A stretch of 64,000 nt of DNA from Squalus acanthias (lineage: Eukaryota): assembly GCA_030390025.1 (NCBI GenBank), contig CM059431.1, positions 99,946,001 through 100,010,000 of the forward strand. The letters run 5' to 3'. The notes beneath the pieces were generated by a model. That model saw only the letters and a program-made list of their open reading frames with translations. It was not told the origin of the DNA and did not search any database. The translations under genes were made by a program, and so were the position numbers. Shown in pieces: positions 12,520 to 24,014 of the stretch (position 1 is the first letter of the stretch; each line of letters opens with the position of its first letter).

Positions 12520-12803
12520 TCCCTCCCTGGCCTCCTCGCCCTCTCCCTATCTCTGTAATCTCCTCCAGCCCCACAACCCTCCGAGACATCTGCGCTCCTC
12601 TAATTCTGCCCTCTTGCGCATCCCTGATTATAATCGCTCCACCATTGGCGGCCGTGCCTTCAGCTGCCTGGGCCCTAAGCTCTGGAATTCCCTCCCTAAA
12701 CCTCTCCGCCTCACTACCTCTCTCTCCTCCTTTAAGACGCTCCTTAACACCTGCCTCTTATGACCAAGCTGTTGGTCACAATGCAAGTTGTTGTTGTTGT
12801 TGT
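12520..12803 (+). mobile_element. L2 3' fragment
   Basis: ccattggcggccgtgccttcagctgcctgggccctaagctctggaattccc; aatgcaag(ttg)n tail. Confidence 0.75.
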
Positions 12804-14669
12804 ACATGGAAATTCAACACCAGATCATAATGGCTGAATCAGACAATCACTACCTGGAACCAGGTGTGGGTGACAATTATGTAGGAAAAAATATCACCGA
12901 TATGTAAATTTCTAATTGTTCTGTCCGAATTTTCTCTAGTTATTTCAATGGTTATTTAATTAATAATATGGTAATATATTTATCAACATCTGTTTCAACA
13001 TAAGCCTTAATCTAAGAAAGGATTAGTTCTCTGATGTTGAAGTCTGAAATTGAACTGATTGCCGGGGGGAGCCGTGGGAAAGGGTGCATGTCACGCTGGT
13101 TCTACCCTTACATCTCAAAACAAATCACATTCAAAGGATGCTGGGATCAGAAAGGATGCCTGAAAGGAAATAAGTCTAAAGTCAAAATAGCGCTGATGTA
13201 AACAATAATTCCCCCCAAAAATCTGAAGCAGAATGAGTTCAGATGGAAATCTACATTAGATTAGTCATAAACACAAATGGAACCATATGTTAATGTCATT
13301 TTGTGGTTCCATGAGATGTTCCGCCATTAGCTGGTGGCCTGTACAACGCCTGGCCTCAATTTCATAATAACTATTCCACAACCATGAAATATTTCTTTTT
13401 ATAATAAAGTTTCACTGCATTATATCAAAGGTAATGTAAGAGAGAGACTGAAGAGGTACGGTGATACAGTAGGCTGGTGGGTAGGGTGTAGGGCATGAGT
13501 GAGTGATCACCATTAGGTTTCTAAGATGATGAAGGGAATAGATTATGTTCAAGTTGACAGTTTGTTCCAATTAACTAGGGTAGGGAGGACCAGGAGTCAC
13601 AGTTTTAAGTTGTACAAGGCCAGATCTGGGTTAGATGTCAGGAGGTGGACCTTTCCCCAGAGAATCGTGGACCTCTGGAACAGGCTGCCGTCTCGTGTGG
13701 TGGACGCGATTCGCTGAATTCCTTCAAGCGAGAGCTGGACCTGTTTCTGGCTGGGGCGTAGATCACCTCTTACAGAAGGTGGGTACTGCAGGGAATTCAG
13801 GGCCAGAGTGATCTCCTGGACTAGTTTCCATCGCCTAGATGGGTCGGAGAGGAATTTCCCAGATATTTTTCCCCCAACTTGGCCTGGGTTTTTTATCAAG
13901 ATTTTCTCCCCCCACTCCCAGGAGATCACATAGTCTCGGGTGGGGAACTGACAGGGCTATGGGGAAAGAGCAGGGGGAGTGGGACTAATTGGAGAGCTCT
14001 TTCAAAGAGCCGGCACAGGCACGATGGGCCGAATGGCCTCCCTCTGTGCTGTAAGTTTCTATGATATCTGTGCCCATTCCCTTACACTTTAAAAAAAAAA
14101 TATTTTGCAAATATTTATCAACTTCCCTGTTAAAAGTAATTCTGGATCCTGCTTCCATCATTGTTTCTGATAGAGCATTCCACGGCCTCTTGAGCATCCC
14201 CGATTTTCATCATTGCACCATCGGCGGCCGTGCCTTCAGCTGTCCGGGCCCTAAGCTCTGGAATTCCCTCTCTAAACCTCTCCACCTCTCTCTCCTCTTT
14301 TAAGACGCTCCTTAAAACCGACCTCTTTGATCCAGCTTTTGGTCACCTGTCCTAATATGTAGCTCAGTGTCAAATCTTTGTCCGAGAACACTCCTGTGAA
14401 GCACCTTGGGATGTTTTACTACATTAAAGGCGCTGTATAAATGCAAGTTGTTGTTGTATAACAACATTTCTCCCTGCCTTTCCCTTCGTTCTCTTGGCAA
14501 TGATCTTAGATTTATGTCAATTCATCAACCGATGCAAATAGCTTTTCCCTGCCACATTTTCTCTGTTCCAACACATAGCTCTGAAGCTGGAGAAGACAGC
14601 ACTGAATTAACTATTTTCAATAAATAAAGAGTGAACGGCACTAAAATGTTTTTAAAAGTTAATTGGATG

Positions 14670-15421
14670 GCATTTGCTGGAGTGGGGCTCCGTTAGTTAG
14701 ATTTTTTCCCATACCCTCAGCCCCAAACTTTTTTTGCCCTGTATCTCGCTGGGAGTGCAAGCTGATAACGGGGCGGCGAGGGCAACAGGGCATCTGGGAC
14801 CTCGGTGAACGAAGGGACCAACAGTCTGTCTCCTCAACCACTGAGAGTACAGGATTGAGAAAGAAACAGAGGAACGACGGAGAAGGAAATAGGGTGAATT
14901 AGAGTCAAATCAGGTACAGAAAGAAATAAAGAGAGGGAAAGAAAGATTGGATTAAGAGAGAGAGGAAAGAGACAGAAAGGAAAAGTAAGAAAAAATATTT
15001 ATAATTTAAAAATTTGACATTTAAAAATCTCCAACAACAATTCACTACCTGAAGGAATGAGACTCCACACATTTAATTGTTCACTTTCTGGGATGCCGCA
15101 GTTGATTGGCAGTCATTAACAATTATCATGTCATTGAAAGGGTCCTCACGCCATTAAGTACCAGCCCTAACTTTCCGCGGCGAGTTTAATGGGTAATTAA
15201 TGCGCAAATGCAGCAATTTCCTGAAACTCGCGGGGAGGTCGAGGGCGAGATGCCGTTTTCGCGAGGCTAACGGGCGGAGCGGCGCAAATCGTCGGGCAAC
15301 TCGTGGCGATTCGCAACTCATGGGGGAATCTCTCCCTCACCGCAAGTTGCCGGGTGATTCACACGTCAACAACAGCGAGTGCCATTAAACCCACTACTAT
15401 TCTGGCAGCAGATTCCGGCCC
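14670..15421. mobile_element. Non-autonomous DNA transposon family B (probable Harbinger)
   Basis: Collinear with 40785-41568, 51532-52255 (inverted) and partly 18825-19720; ends in ...ccggccc. Confidence 0.65.
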
Positions 15422-16194
15422 TAATATGCTTATCTTTTTGTGTAGGCTCCACACACAGGGTGCTTCAATACTGCAGCTGATAGGCACTCATCCAGGTGAT
15501 CTTGCCATCAACATACTGTCCAGTTTATCATTAGCTTTAGCTCAAGAGAATCTGTACTGACGTGCAAAGCAGAATAAGTTAGAGGTGAATGCCAAGTTAA
15601 GGGACCTGGACCAAGAAACAAGAGCAAAGACTGAATTACACGGATATCAAATGTGTTTTAGTCCTGTGAAGGGAAAGCGAATCTAATAGCAGAACTCTCG
15701 GAGATCAAGGTAGCTGTCAGCAACGCACAAAGTAATAAACTGAAAAAGCCGAGACTCAGATAAAAGCGTGCGTGTCTGGGGATCATTATATATTATAGAG
15801 TGAACCGTGAAATGAAAGCTCCACCGTTCCACATTGCTACAGCTGGGAACAATCAAGGTACTGTATTATAACAGACTGATCCATTATTATGCAGCAGTAA
15901 ATTAGAGGCCAAGGTGGGTTTCCAACTGTGTTGGAGTTTGTTGCTTTGACTAATTTTTCAATGTCCTCCTTTGTACTCATTGTTTAAAGAGATAGACCTG
16001 AACATTTGGCAAATTCTGGAAAGAAAAGTGCATTGTCAGAGAGGATCAGGTGGTGCGGTCGCCATGGTAACGGTAGAAAAGATGATGAGCAATCAGGATT
16101 GCTTTGGATATTTCCGAGGGTTTCAAACTGGCCTGCATCAAAGTCAAGATAGGATTACAGAAATTGCACGTGACGCATTTCTTGTGATTTCCCA

Positions 16195-16730
16195 CAAGGT
16201 GAGTGTCTGATCTCACCTGGCGCTTTCAGGGAAAGGGGAGCAAGTGGAAGGGAACAGAATCCCCCCCAGAAAGGGGGGAAACAGGTGAAGGTAGGTCTGG
16301 GTTGACCCAGCGTGTAGACCCCTGGGGTCCTGCCCCCTCTGCTTTCTCCACCACATTCCCAGGTCACGGGAGCCCTCCCCTCTTTAACCAGATTTTCCCT
16401 CCCCCCGCTGTTATTCTGCTCTAACCATTTACACCTCCTCGGGACCCATATTTTGTTTCTTTACTTGTCCCATTAACACCGCCTTTTGCCTCGCAACATC
16501 ATTTCATGTGTCATTGAATCTCTCCTGCCTTCCACCCTATCACAGACCTTCCCTTTTGTTCTTTCCTCCCACTTCCCCCTTTCCCTGCCTCTGTACTTGC
16601 TTAAAAACCTGTCACATCTCCAACATCTTCCAGGTCTGACAAAAGGTTATCGACCTGAAACGTTGACTCTGTTTCTCGATCAGCAGCTCCTGCCTGACCT
16701 GCTGAGAATTTCCAGCATTTTCTGTTTTAT
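16195..16730 (+). mobile_element. Penelope-like element 3'UTR/pLTR fragment
   Basis: Pyrimidine-rich body and ...tcgacctgaaacgttgactctgtttctc, as at 43900-44300; 5' boundary uncertain. Confidence 0.6.
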
Positions 16731-17249
16731 CATCGCTCCACCATTGGTGGCCGTGCCTTCAGCTGCCTGGGCCCCGACCTCTGGAATTCCCTCCCTAAAC
16801 CTCTCTACCTCTCTCTCCTCCTTAAAACCCATCTCTTTGACCAAGCTTTTGGTCACCTGTCCTTATGTGGTTCGGTGCCAAATTTTGTTTGATAATCGCT
16901 CCTGTGAAGCACCTTGGGACGTTTTACGAGGTTAAAGGCGCTGTATAAATGCAGTATTTTGCTTTTATCTCCAGTCAGTCAGCTACACAGCAGAAACAAA
17001 ATAACTTGAGTTAAAAACTCAGGACTCTAAAGTTTTAGAATAGTTTTACATATGTTAATAACCTATTGCTAGGTCACCAGAACTAAAACAAAATATATTT
17101 ATAATATGTAATATGATCAAAAACCTGGATGATACGGTTCAATTTTAAAGGGGGTGCAGGAACAGAGAGACCAGGGAGTGGACGTACAGAAATATTTGAA
17201 GGTGGCAGAACAAGTTGAGAAAGTTGTTCAAAAAAAGGGTTCCTTGGCT

Positions 17250-17985
17250 TGGGCAAGAAATTTGGTATCGTCCCGGATGGGGCGCTAAATTTAAAAAAGT
17301 TGGAGAATTAGTGCCAGGCGCTAATCCTTTTCACCTTCCGCTAGATTGATTGTTAGCGCTCCAAGAAAGAAGTTACACACACACAGAGAGCGGGGCGCTA
17401 CACAGAGAGAGAGCGGGGTGCTACACACACACAGAGAGAGCGGGGCACTACACACACAGAGAGCGGGGCGCTACCCACAGAGCGATAACTAATTTCAGGT
17501 GCACTCCAATCGAGAATCATCATTCACGCTGGCTCCTTCCAGTTCTTAAAGGGGAGGCTCAATCATTCAGCACAACCTCATTCTCAACTTTTTTGGCTCT
17601 GAAGGCGACCTCCAAACAACTCAACAGCTACACCTCTTATCCTCATGGCTGATCCCAGTCCCAGGGAGAGAGCTCGCCGTTTCAGTGACCAGGCATTTGA
17701 GGCATTGGTCGCGGCAGTCAAAAGAAGGAGGGCAGTGCTGTTCCCGGCCACTGGAAGGAGGCCATTACCCCAGGTCTTCAGGGCAATGTGGAGCGAAGTG
17801 GCCCAGGACGTCTCGGCCAGCAGTGTGGTCCTCAGGACCCTCACACAGTGCCATAAAAAATTCAACGACCTCACTCGGGTGGTCAGGGTGAGTACATGCT
17901 TCAACAAGTCCTACATCCCAGCATCTGAACATCAGTCTGTACACACTGCACAAACCACCACTCACCCACCAAGCATCTTCATCTA
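17250..17985 (+). mobile_element. Left end of a PIF/Harbinger transposon carrying the first exon of its Myb/SANT-like gene
   Basis: TIR-like gggcaagaaattt, subterminal ggcgcta repeats, ORF below; truncated by a CR1 fragment near 17985. Confidence 0.75.
17645..17887 (+). pseudogene. Harbinger Myb/SANT-like (trihelix, MSANTD-type) DNA-binding domain exon
   Basis: RARRFSDQAFEALVAAV...LF...W.EVAQDV......RT..QC.KKFNDL pattern; splice donor gtgagt at 17888. Confidence 0.8.
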
Positions 17986-18824
17986 GGGTTGTTTTGAAGC
18001 TGGGGGTTGTTCTCCTTAGAGCAGAGAAGGTTAAGAGGAGATTTGATAGAGGTGTTCAAGATCATGAGGGGTTTATATAGAGTAAATAAGGAGAAACTGT
18101 TTCCAGTGGCAGGAGGGTCGGTAACCAGAGGACACAGATTTAAGGTGATTGGCAAAAGAGGAAACATTTTTTTTATCATTCGCCCGGGTTTCCCGGCCAC
18201 CTTGGAGCTGCCCCCACCCGTCTGCCCCATTAAAATTCAGCCATAGAATCGGAGAATAGTGCAGCACAGAAGGAGGCCGTTCGGCCCATCGAGTCTGCGC
18301 CGGCTCTTTCGAAGAGCGATCCAGTTAGTCCCACTCCCCCGCTCTTTCCCCATATCCCTGCAATTTATTGTATAAAAATATGTACCCACGATATTAAACT
18401 CTTCTGGCATCAGTTGTTGTGGTTGGGAAACAGCAGTAGCACCTGGAGAACATCAGTGATTCAGGCGAGACTCACTCCATGAATTTATACTGGTTCTTGC
18501 CCATATTTATCAGAATTGCCACTGCCATTAAACCTCCCCCTGAGGTGAACATCAGTCAGTTCAATGCCAGCAGTTCCGATTGTTTATACTAGTAATGGGA
18601 AGTTGAATTTTGCTGTGCATCCAACATCCCTGCGCACTATCAACAGGAATATAACGGATATCATTGGGCCAGAATTTATTGTAGCCGGCGAATTTAGACT
18701 TGCCCCGTCTGTTTAATTTCTATGAGACTTTGTGTAACAATTTGCTGTAAGTTGCTTTACCTTTCCAATGAGTCGCAGCAATAGAAATAAAAACTAGGAC
18801 TTAGTTAAATTATTAAAATACATG

Positions 18825-19720
18825 GGGCCATAATTTTGCTGTAGCAGGGCATCTAACAGTGTCTGACTAGCCCTTTCGCGTTTAGGTTTTTGAATTTTTT
18901 GGCTGAAAGTGAAAGCTGGTAATGACGCAGCGATGGGGAAACAGGGCACCGGGGACCTGAGTGAACAGGCCAAGCAACAGGGTATCTCCTTAACCAATCA
19001 GATTGAGGAATCGTTAATGAGCAGCGCAGAGTCTGAACCAGGAAGTGCCAGTCAGAATATTGAATTCAATGTCAAATCAGGTACAGAAAGCGAAATAAAG
19101 AGATGAAAAGAAAGACGGGATTAAGAGAGAGAAAATAGAGAGAAAAAGTAAAAAAAAATTAATTAATTTAATTTTTTTTTTAATCTCCAACAACAATTAA
19201 AAGCTGAAGGAATGAGACTCCACATTTGTAAAAGTTAATTTTCAGTGCCAGTGAGATTGTTTGGCAGTAATTAAGACTTATCACGCCGTTAAACAGGGTA
19301 CTTAGACTGAAATGGATAAGGCCTAATTTTCTGTGGCGAGTTTAGTCCGTATCTACAGTGCAAGTGCAGGAATCTCACGGCGTTCAATGCATTTGAATGG
19401 TGCGCCAGACAGCGAGATGCCGTTTTCGCACAGTTTACGGCGGAGCAGCGGAGCGGCGCAGCTCACACGGCAACTTCCGGATTTTCGCGTTTAACCACGC
19501 AATTGCCCTCGCCTGGCTATGATAAATTGACCCTTAGTGTTAGGGGGGATTAAATATGTGGGGTTACGGGGATAGGGTGAGATATGTGTCGGTGCAGGCT
19601 CGATGGGCCAAAATGGCCTCTATCTGCACTGTGGGGATTCTGTGATTCTGTGATTCTGTGAAGTTGATGTCCGATTTGTGCAGAGCCTCCCCGTTACTTT
19701 GACGGCAAATTCTGTCCCTT
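18825..19720. mobile_element. Family-B-related DNA transposon, interrupted by a HE1-like SINE tail (19514-19660)
   Basis: Shared blocks (gggacctgagtgaac, aggaatgagactccaca, gcgagatgccgttttcgc) with 14670-15421. Confidence 0.55.
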
Positions 19721-20256
19721 TAACTTCCCATTATAGGTGAGTCAGACAGAGCACCTATGTCACGCATACCGTGATATTTCACTCATTTCTCAAGAATGCA
19801 ACTAAATGAATCACTGTTTGTATTATATGAAGATTTTGACAAGCTTTCAGCCCGATTATGGAAACGGGCAGTCGGCATATTTAAGTTTTATGTCTGCAAT
19901 TTGCATTTTACAGGCAAAACCATTCTTACTAAACAGCTCTCCACCGTATATCTGTCTGCATCGTAAAGGAACATATGAATTAAATCCAATCAAACAGCTG
20001 ATTTTGTTTTAATAAGAACAATCTGTAAAACCAGCTAATAAAATTTAATTGAACAAATTAATTAAGGCTGCAAAAATCCATTGGCCTCGAGTACGTTCTC
20101 AGCCTGAGTCAACAACAGTAACTTGCATTTATATAGCGCCTTGAACGGAGCAAAACGTCCCGAGGCACTTCACAGAAGTGTAATCAGGTGACACCGAGCC
20201 ACATAAGGAGATATTAGGGCAGGTGCCCAACAGCTTGGTCAAAGAGGAGCGTCTTA

Positions 20257-21337
20257 AACATAGAAACATAGAAACATAGAAGATAGGAGCAGGAGTCGGC
20301 CATTCAGCCCCTCGAGCCTGCTCCGCCATTTAATGAGATCATGGCTGATCATCCAAATTCAGTACCCTGTCCCTGCCTTCTCTCCATATCCCTTGATCCC
20401 TTTAGTTTTAAGAAATATATCCAACTCCTTCTTGAATATATTTAATGAATTGGCCTCTACTGCCTTCTGTGGTAGAGAATTCCACAGGTTCACCACTCTC
20501 TGGGTGAAGAAATTCCTCCTCATCTCAGTCCTAAATGGCTTACCCCTTATCCTTAGACTGTGACCCCTGGTTCTGGACTCCCCGGCCATCGGGAACATCC
20601 TTCCTGCATCTAGTCTGTCTAGTCCTGTTAGAATTTTATAAGTTTCAATGAGATCCCCTCTCATTCTTCTAAACTCCAGTGAGTATAAGCCCAATTGACC
20701 CAATCTCTCCTCATATGCCATTCCTGCCATCCCGGGTATCAGCCTGGTGAATCTTCGCTGCACTCCCTCCATGGCAAGAACATCCTTCCTCAGGTAAGGC
20801 GACCAAAACTGCACACAATACTCAAGATGTGGTCTCACCAAGGCCCTGTACAACTGCAGCAAGACATCCTTGTTCCTGTACTCGAACCCTTTCGCTACGA
20901 AGGCCAACATACCATTTGCCTTCTTAACTGCCTGCTGCACCTGCATGCTTACCTTCAGCGATTGGTGCACAAGGACACCCAGGTCTCGTTGCACTTCCCC
21001 TTCTCCCAATCTATTGCCATTCAGATAATAATCTGCCTTCCTGTTTTTGACACCAAAGTGGATAACCTCGCATTTATCCACATTATATTGCATCTGCCAT
21101 GCTTCTGCCCAATCACCCAACCTGTCCAAATCATACTGGAGTTTCTCGGCATCCTCCTCACGGCACACACTCCCACCCAGCTTTGTGTCGTCTGCAAACT
21201 TGGAGATATTACATCCAATTCCATCGTCCAGATCATTAATATATATTGTGAATAGCTGGGGTCCTAGGACCGATCCCTGCGGTACCCCACTAGTCACCGC
21301 CTGCCACTCGGAAAAAGACCCATTTATTCCAACTCTT
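20257..21337 (-). mobile_element. Young 5'-truncated CR1 LINE with uninterrupted 312-codon RT C-terminal frame, inserted in an L2 tail
   Basis: SGVPQGSVLGP, KFADDTKLGG; (tttctatg)n tail; ttaaa duplicated at both junctions of the host L2. Confidence 0.93.
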
Positions 21338-21842
21338 TAAAGGAGGAGAGAGAGGTAGCGAGGCGGAGAGGTTTAGGGAGGGAGTTCCAGAGCTTAGGGC
21401 CATACCAGCAGGAAGCACGGAATGCCCGCCCGCTCCACACATGGTCCCCCTGCATCAGAGAATTGTGGTGCTGAGAGGAGATGGCTCCCAGGCTCGGAGG
21501 TCCTCAGATGGTTTCTACCAGGAAGCTGATACACCAAAGTTACACAGAATCTACAGCACAGAAACAGGCCATTCGGCCCAACTGGTCCATGCCGGTGTTT
21601 CTGCTCCACACCAGCCTCCTCCCACCCCTCTTCATCTCACCCTATCAACATATCCTTCGATTCCTTTCTCCCTCATGTGTTTATCGAGCTTCCCCTTAAA
21701 TGCATCTCTGCTATTCGCCTCAACCACTCCCTGTGGTAGCGAGTTCCACATTCTCACCACTCTCTGGGTGAAGAAATTTCTCCTGAATTCCCGATTGGAT
21801 TTATTAGTGACTATTTATATTATGGCCCCTAGTTCTGGTCGC

Positions 21843-22340
21843 TTGCATTTATATAGCGCCTTTCACGACCACCGGGCATCCCAAAGCGCTTAACAGCCAA
21901 TGAAGTACTTTTTGAAGTGCAGTCACTGTTGTAATGTAGGGAACACAGCAGCCAATATGCACACAGCAAGCTCCCACAAACAGCAATGTGATAATGACTA
22001 GATAATCTGTTTTTAGTGATGTTGTGAGAAGTCGCACAACACCAGGTTATAGTCCAACAGCTTTATTCGAAATCACAAGCTTTTGGAGCGCTGCTCCTTC
22101 GTCAGGTGAAGTGAAGAGATGCATATAGGCACAGCATATATAGTCAGAGAACACTGCCAGATGATTACAGTTAATCTTTCTAACTGTGATGTTGGTTGAG
22201 GGATAAATATTAGCCCCAGGACACCGGGGAGAACTCCCCTGCTCTTCTTCAAAATAGTGGCCATGGGATCTTTTACATCCACCTGAGAGAGCAGACAGGG
22301 CCTTGGTTTAACTGCACTGGGAGTGTCAGCCTAGATTTAT
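21843..22340 (-). mobile_element. DeuSINE interrupted by a Penelope-type fragment (about 22025-22185)
   Basis: SINE sequence ...tttagtgatgttg is interrupted and resumes as gtgatgttggttgagggataaat. Confidence 0.75.
22070..22112 (-). ncRNA. Minimal type I hammerhead ribozyme motif, second Penelope-type family (one core substitution)
   Basis: Minus strand TCAC-CTGACGA-AGGAGC-AGC-GCTCC-aAAA-GC-TT-GTGA; sister copy at 22554-22590 (+) keeps GAAA but has CTGACAA. Confidence 0.6.
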
Positions 22341-22893
22341 ATATCGTCCCTAGTTTTGGTCTCCCCCACAAGTGGAAACACCTTCTCTATGTCTACCCTA
22401 TCGAACCCTTTCATAATCTTAAAACCTCTATTAGGTCACCCCTCAGCCTTCTCTTTTCTATGATGCGGAGATGCCGGTGTTGGACTGGGGTGGACAAATG
22501 TGAGAAGTCGCACAACACCAGGTTATAGTCCAACAGCTTTATTTGAAATCACTTCACCTGACAAAGGAGCAGCGCTCCGAAAGCTTGTGATTTCAAATAA
22601 AGCTGTTGGACTATAACCTAGTGTTGTGCGACTTCTCACAATTCTCTTTTCTAGAGAACAGAGCCTCAGACTGTTCAATCTTTCCTGATAGTTATAAGCT
22701 CTCCGTTCTGGTATCATTCTAGTAAATTTGTTTTTGCACCCTCTCTAGTGCCTCAATATCAATTTTACAATATGGAGTCCAGAACTATGTGGTCCATCCA
22801 AGGTTCTATACAAGTTTAACATAATTTCTCTGCTTTTCAGTTCTTTCCAGCTTGAAATGAACCGCAGTGCTTTGTTTGCATTTTTATGGCCTT

Positions 22894-23013
22894 TGTAATA
22901 GAGCCACCTGGTGGATTACTGATGTATATAATAATAAAGCCACGTGCAGTACAGTTCTTACCAGAAGCCATGTTGTGCTGTTGTATATATATGCTGTGTC
23001 TCAAGATATCACA
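22894..23013 (+). repeat. 5' LTR (120 bp, TG...CA)
   Basis: tgtaatagagccacc...aagatatcaca; 7 mismatches to the 3' LTR by my count. Confidence 0.95.
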
Positions 23014-23186
23014 GAATTGGCGATGAGGATGCGATTGCGGATTCCCTAGCTGAAATTTTTGTTGGAGGATAATCCTGCCAACCGACGGAGGGACTGTTAG
23101 AGGTTCTTCGTTTTGCAGAAAAACTTAAAAATCCGAGGTAAATTTTGAGCACACGTGGCTGAACTGTCAATGTTGCCAGAGCCCAG

Positions 23187-23937
23187 ATGGCCGCGCCTAT
23201 GGGAATAATAGGGCACTTGGGTAAGTTCCATCGTGACCGAGAGACTTTCGGAGCGCATGTGCAACGGCTAGAAATGTTTTTCACCGTGAATAATATTGTC
23301 GAAGTCCCCGATGATGTAAACCGTAACCGGGTGGTTTTAGAATTGAAACGGGCTATTTTTTTGACTGAAGCAGGCCCCGAGGTGTATGAAACCCTGAAAA
23401 ATGTGCTTGTTCCCGCCGAGCCGAAGGACACGCCACTGAAGGAGATCCTAACCAAGTTAGAACAGCACTACAGTCCTGAGCCCCTGGAAATTGCTGAAAG
23501 TTATCGTTTTGGAACACGTGATCAATTAAATGATGAGGGTATCAGTGAATACATTGTAGCTTTAAAAAAGCTATCCATTCACTGTCATTTCGGAAACTTT
23601 CAGGACCGAGCTTTGCGTGACCGCTTTGTTTGTGGGTTGAAAAATGAGCGTATCAGAAGTAAATTGTTGACAACCCCTCACTTGACTTTTGACTTATCTT
23701 GTCAGACAGCTATGTCGATGGATATGGCCGACTGATACTCCCAAGAGTTTCGCGCCATTTCCAGTCGTCAGACAACCGAGGTGAATCGGTTGCAGGCTAA
23801 AAGTAAAAGGCAGTTGAGCCCCAAGGCCTCAGCAACTGGCCAAGGTAACAATGCATTGAAGTCGTGCTATCGGTACCTGGGGCAACACATTGTTCAAAGC
23901 TGTCCATATGTGAAGGCAGAGTGTTTCTACTGCAAGA
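23187..23937 (+). pseudogene. gag: Gypsy gag (182-aa ORF, premature stop, then zinc-knuckle remnant)
   Basis: YRFGTRDQ...E.I.EYIVALKKLSIHCHFG...LRDRFVCGL motif; CYRY.GQH....C and CFYCKK knuckle remnants. Confidence 0.88.
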
Positions 23938-24014
23938 AATATGCGCAGATCAAAAGGGAAGCATTGTCATTGATTTTTGGGGTCAAGAAGTTTCACAAAT
24001 ACTTGTTTGGTCGT

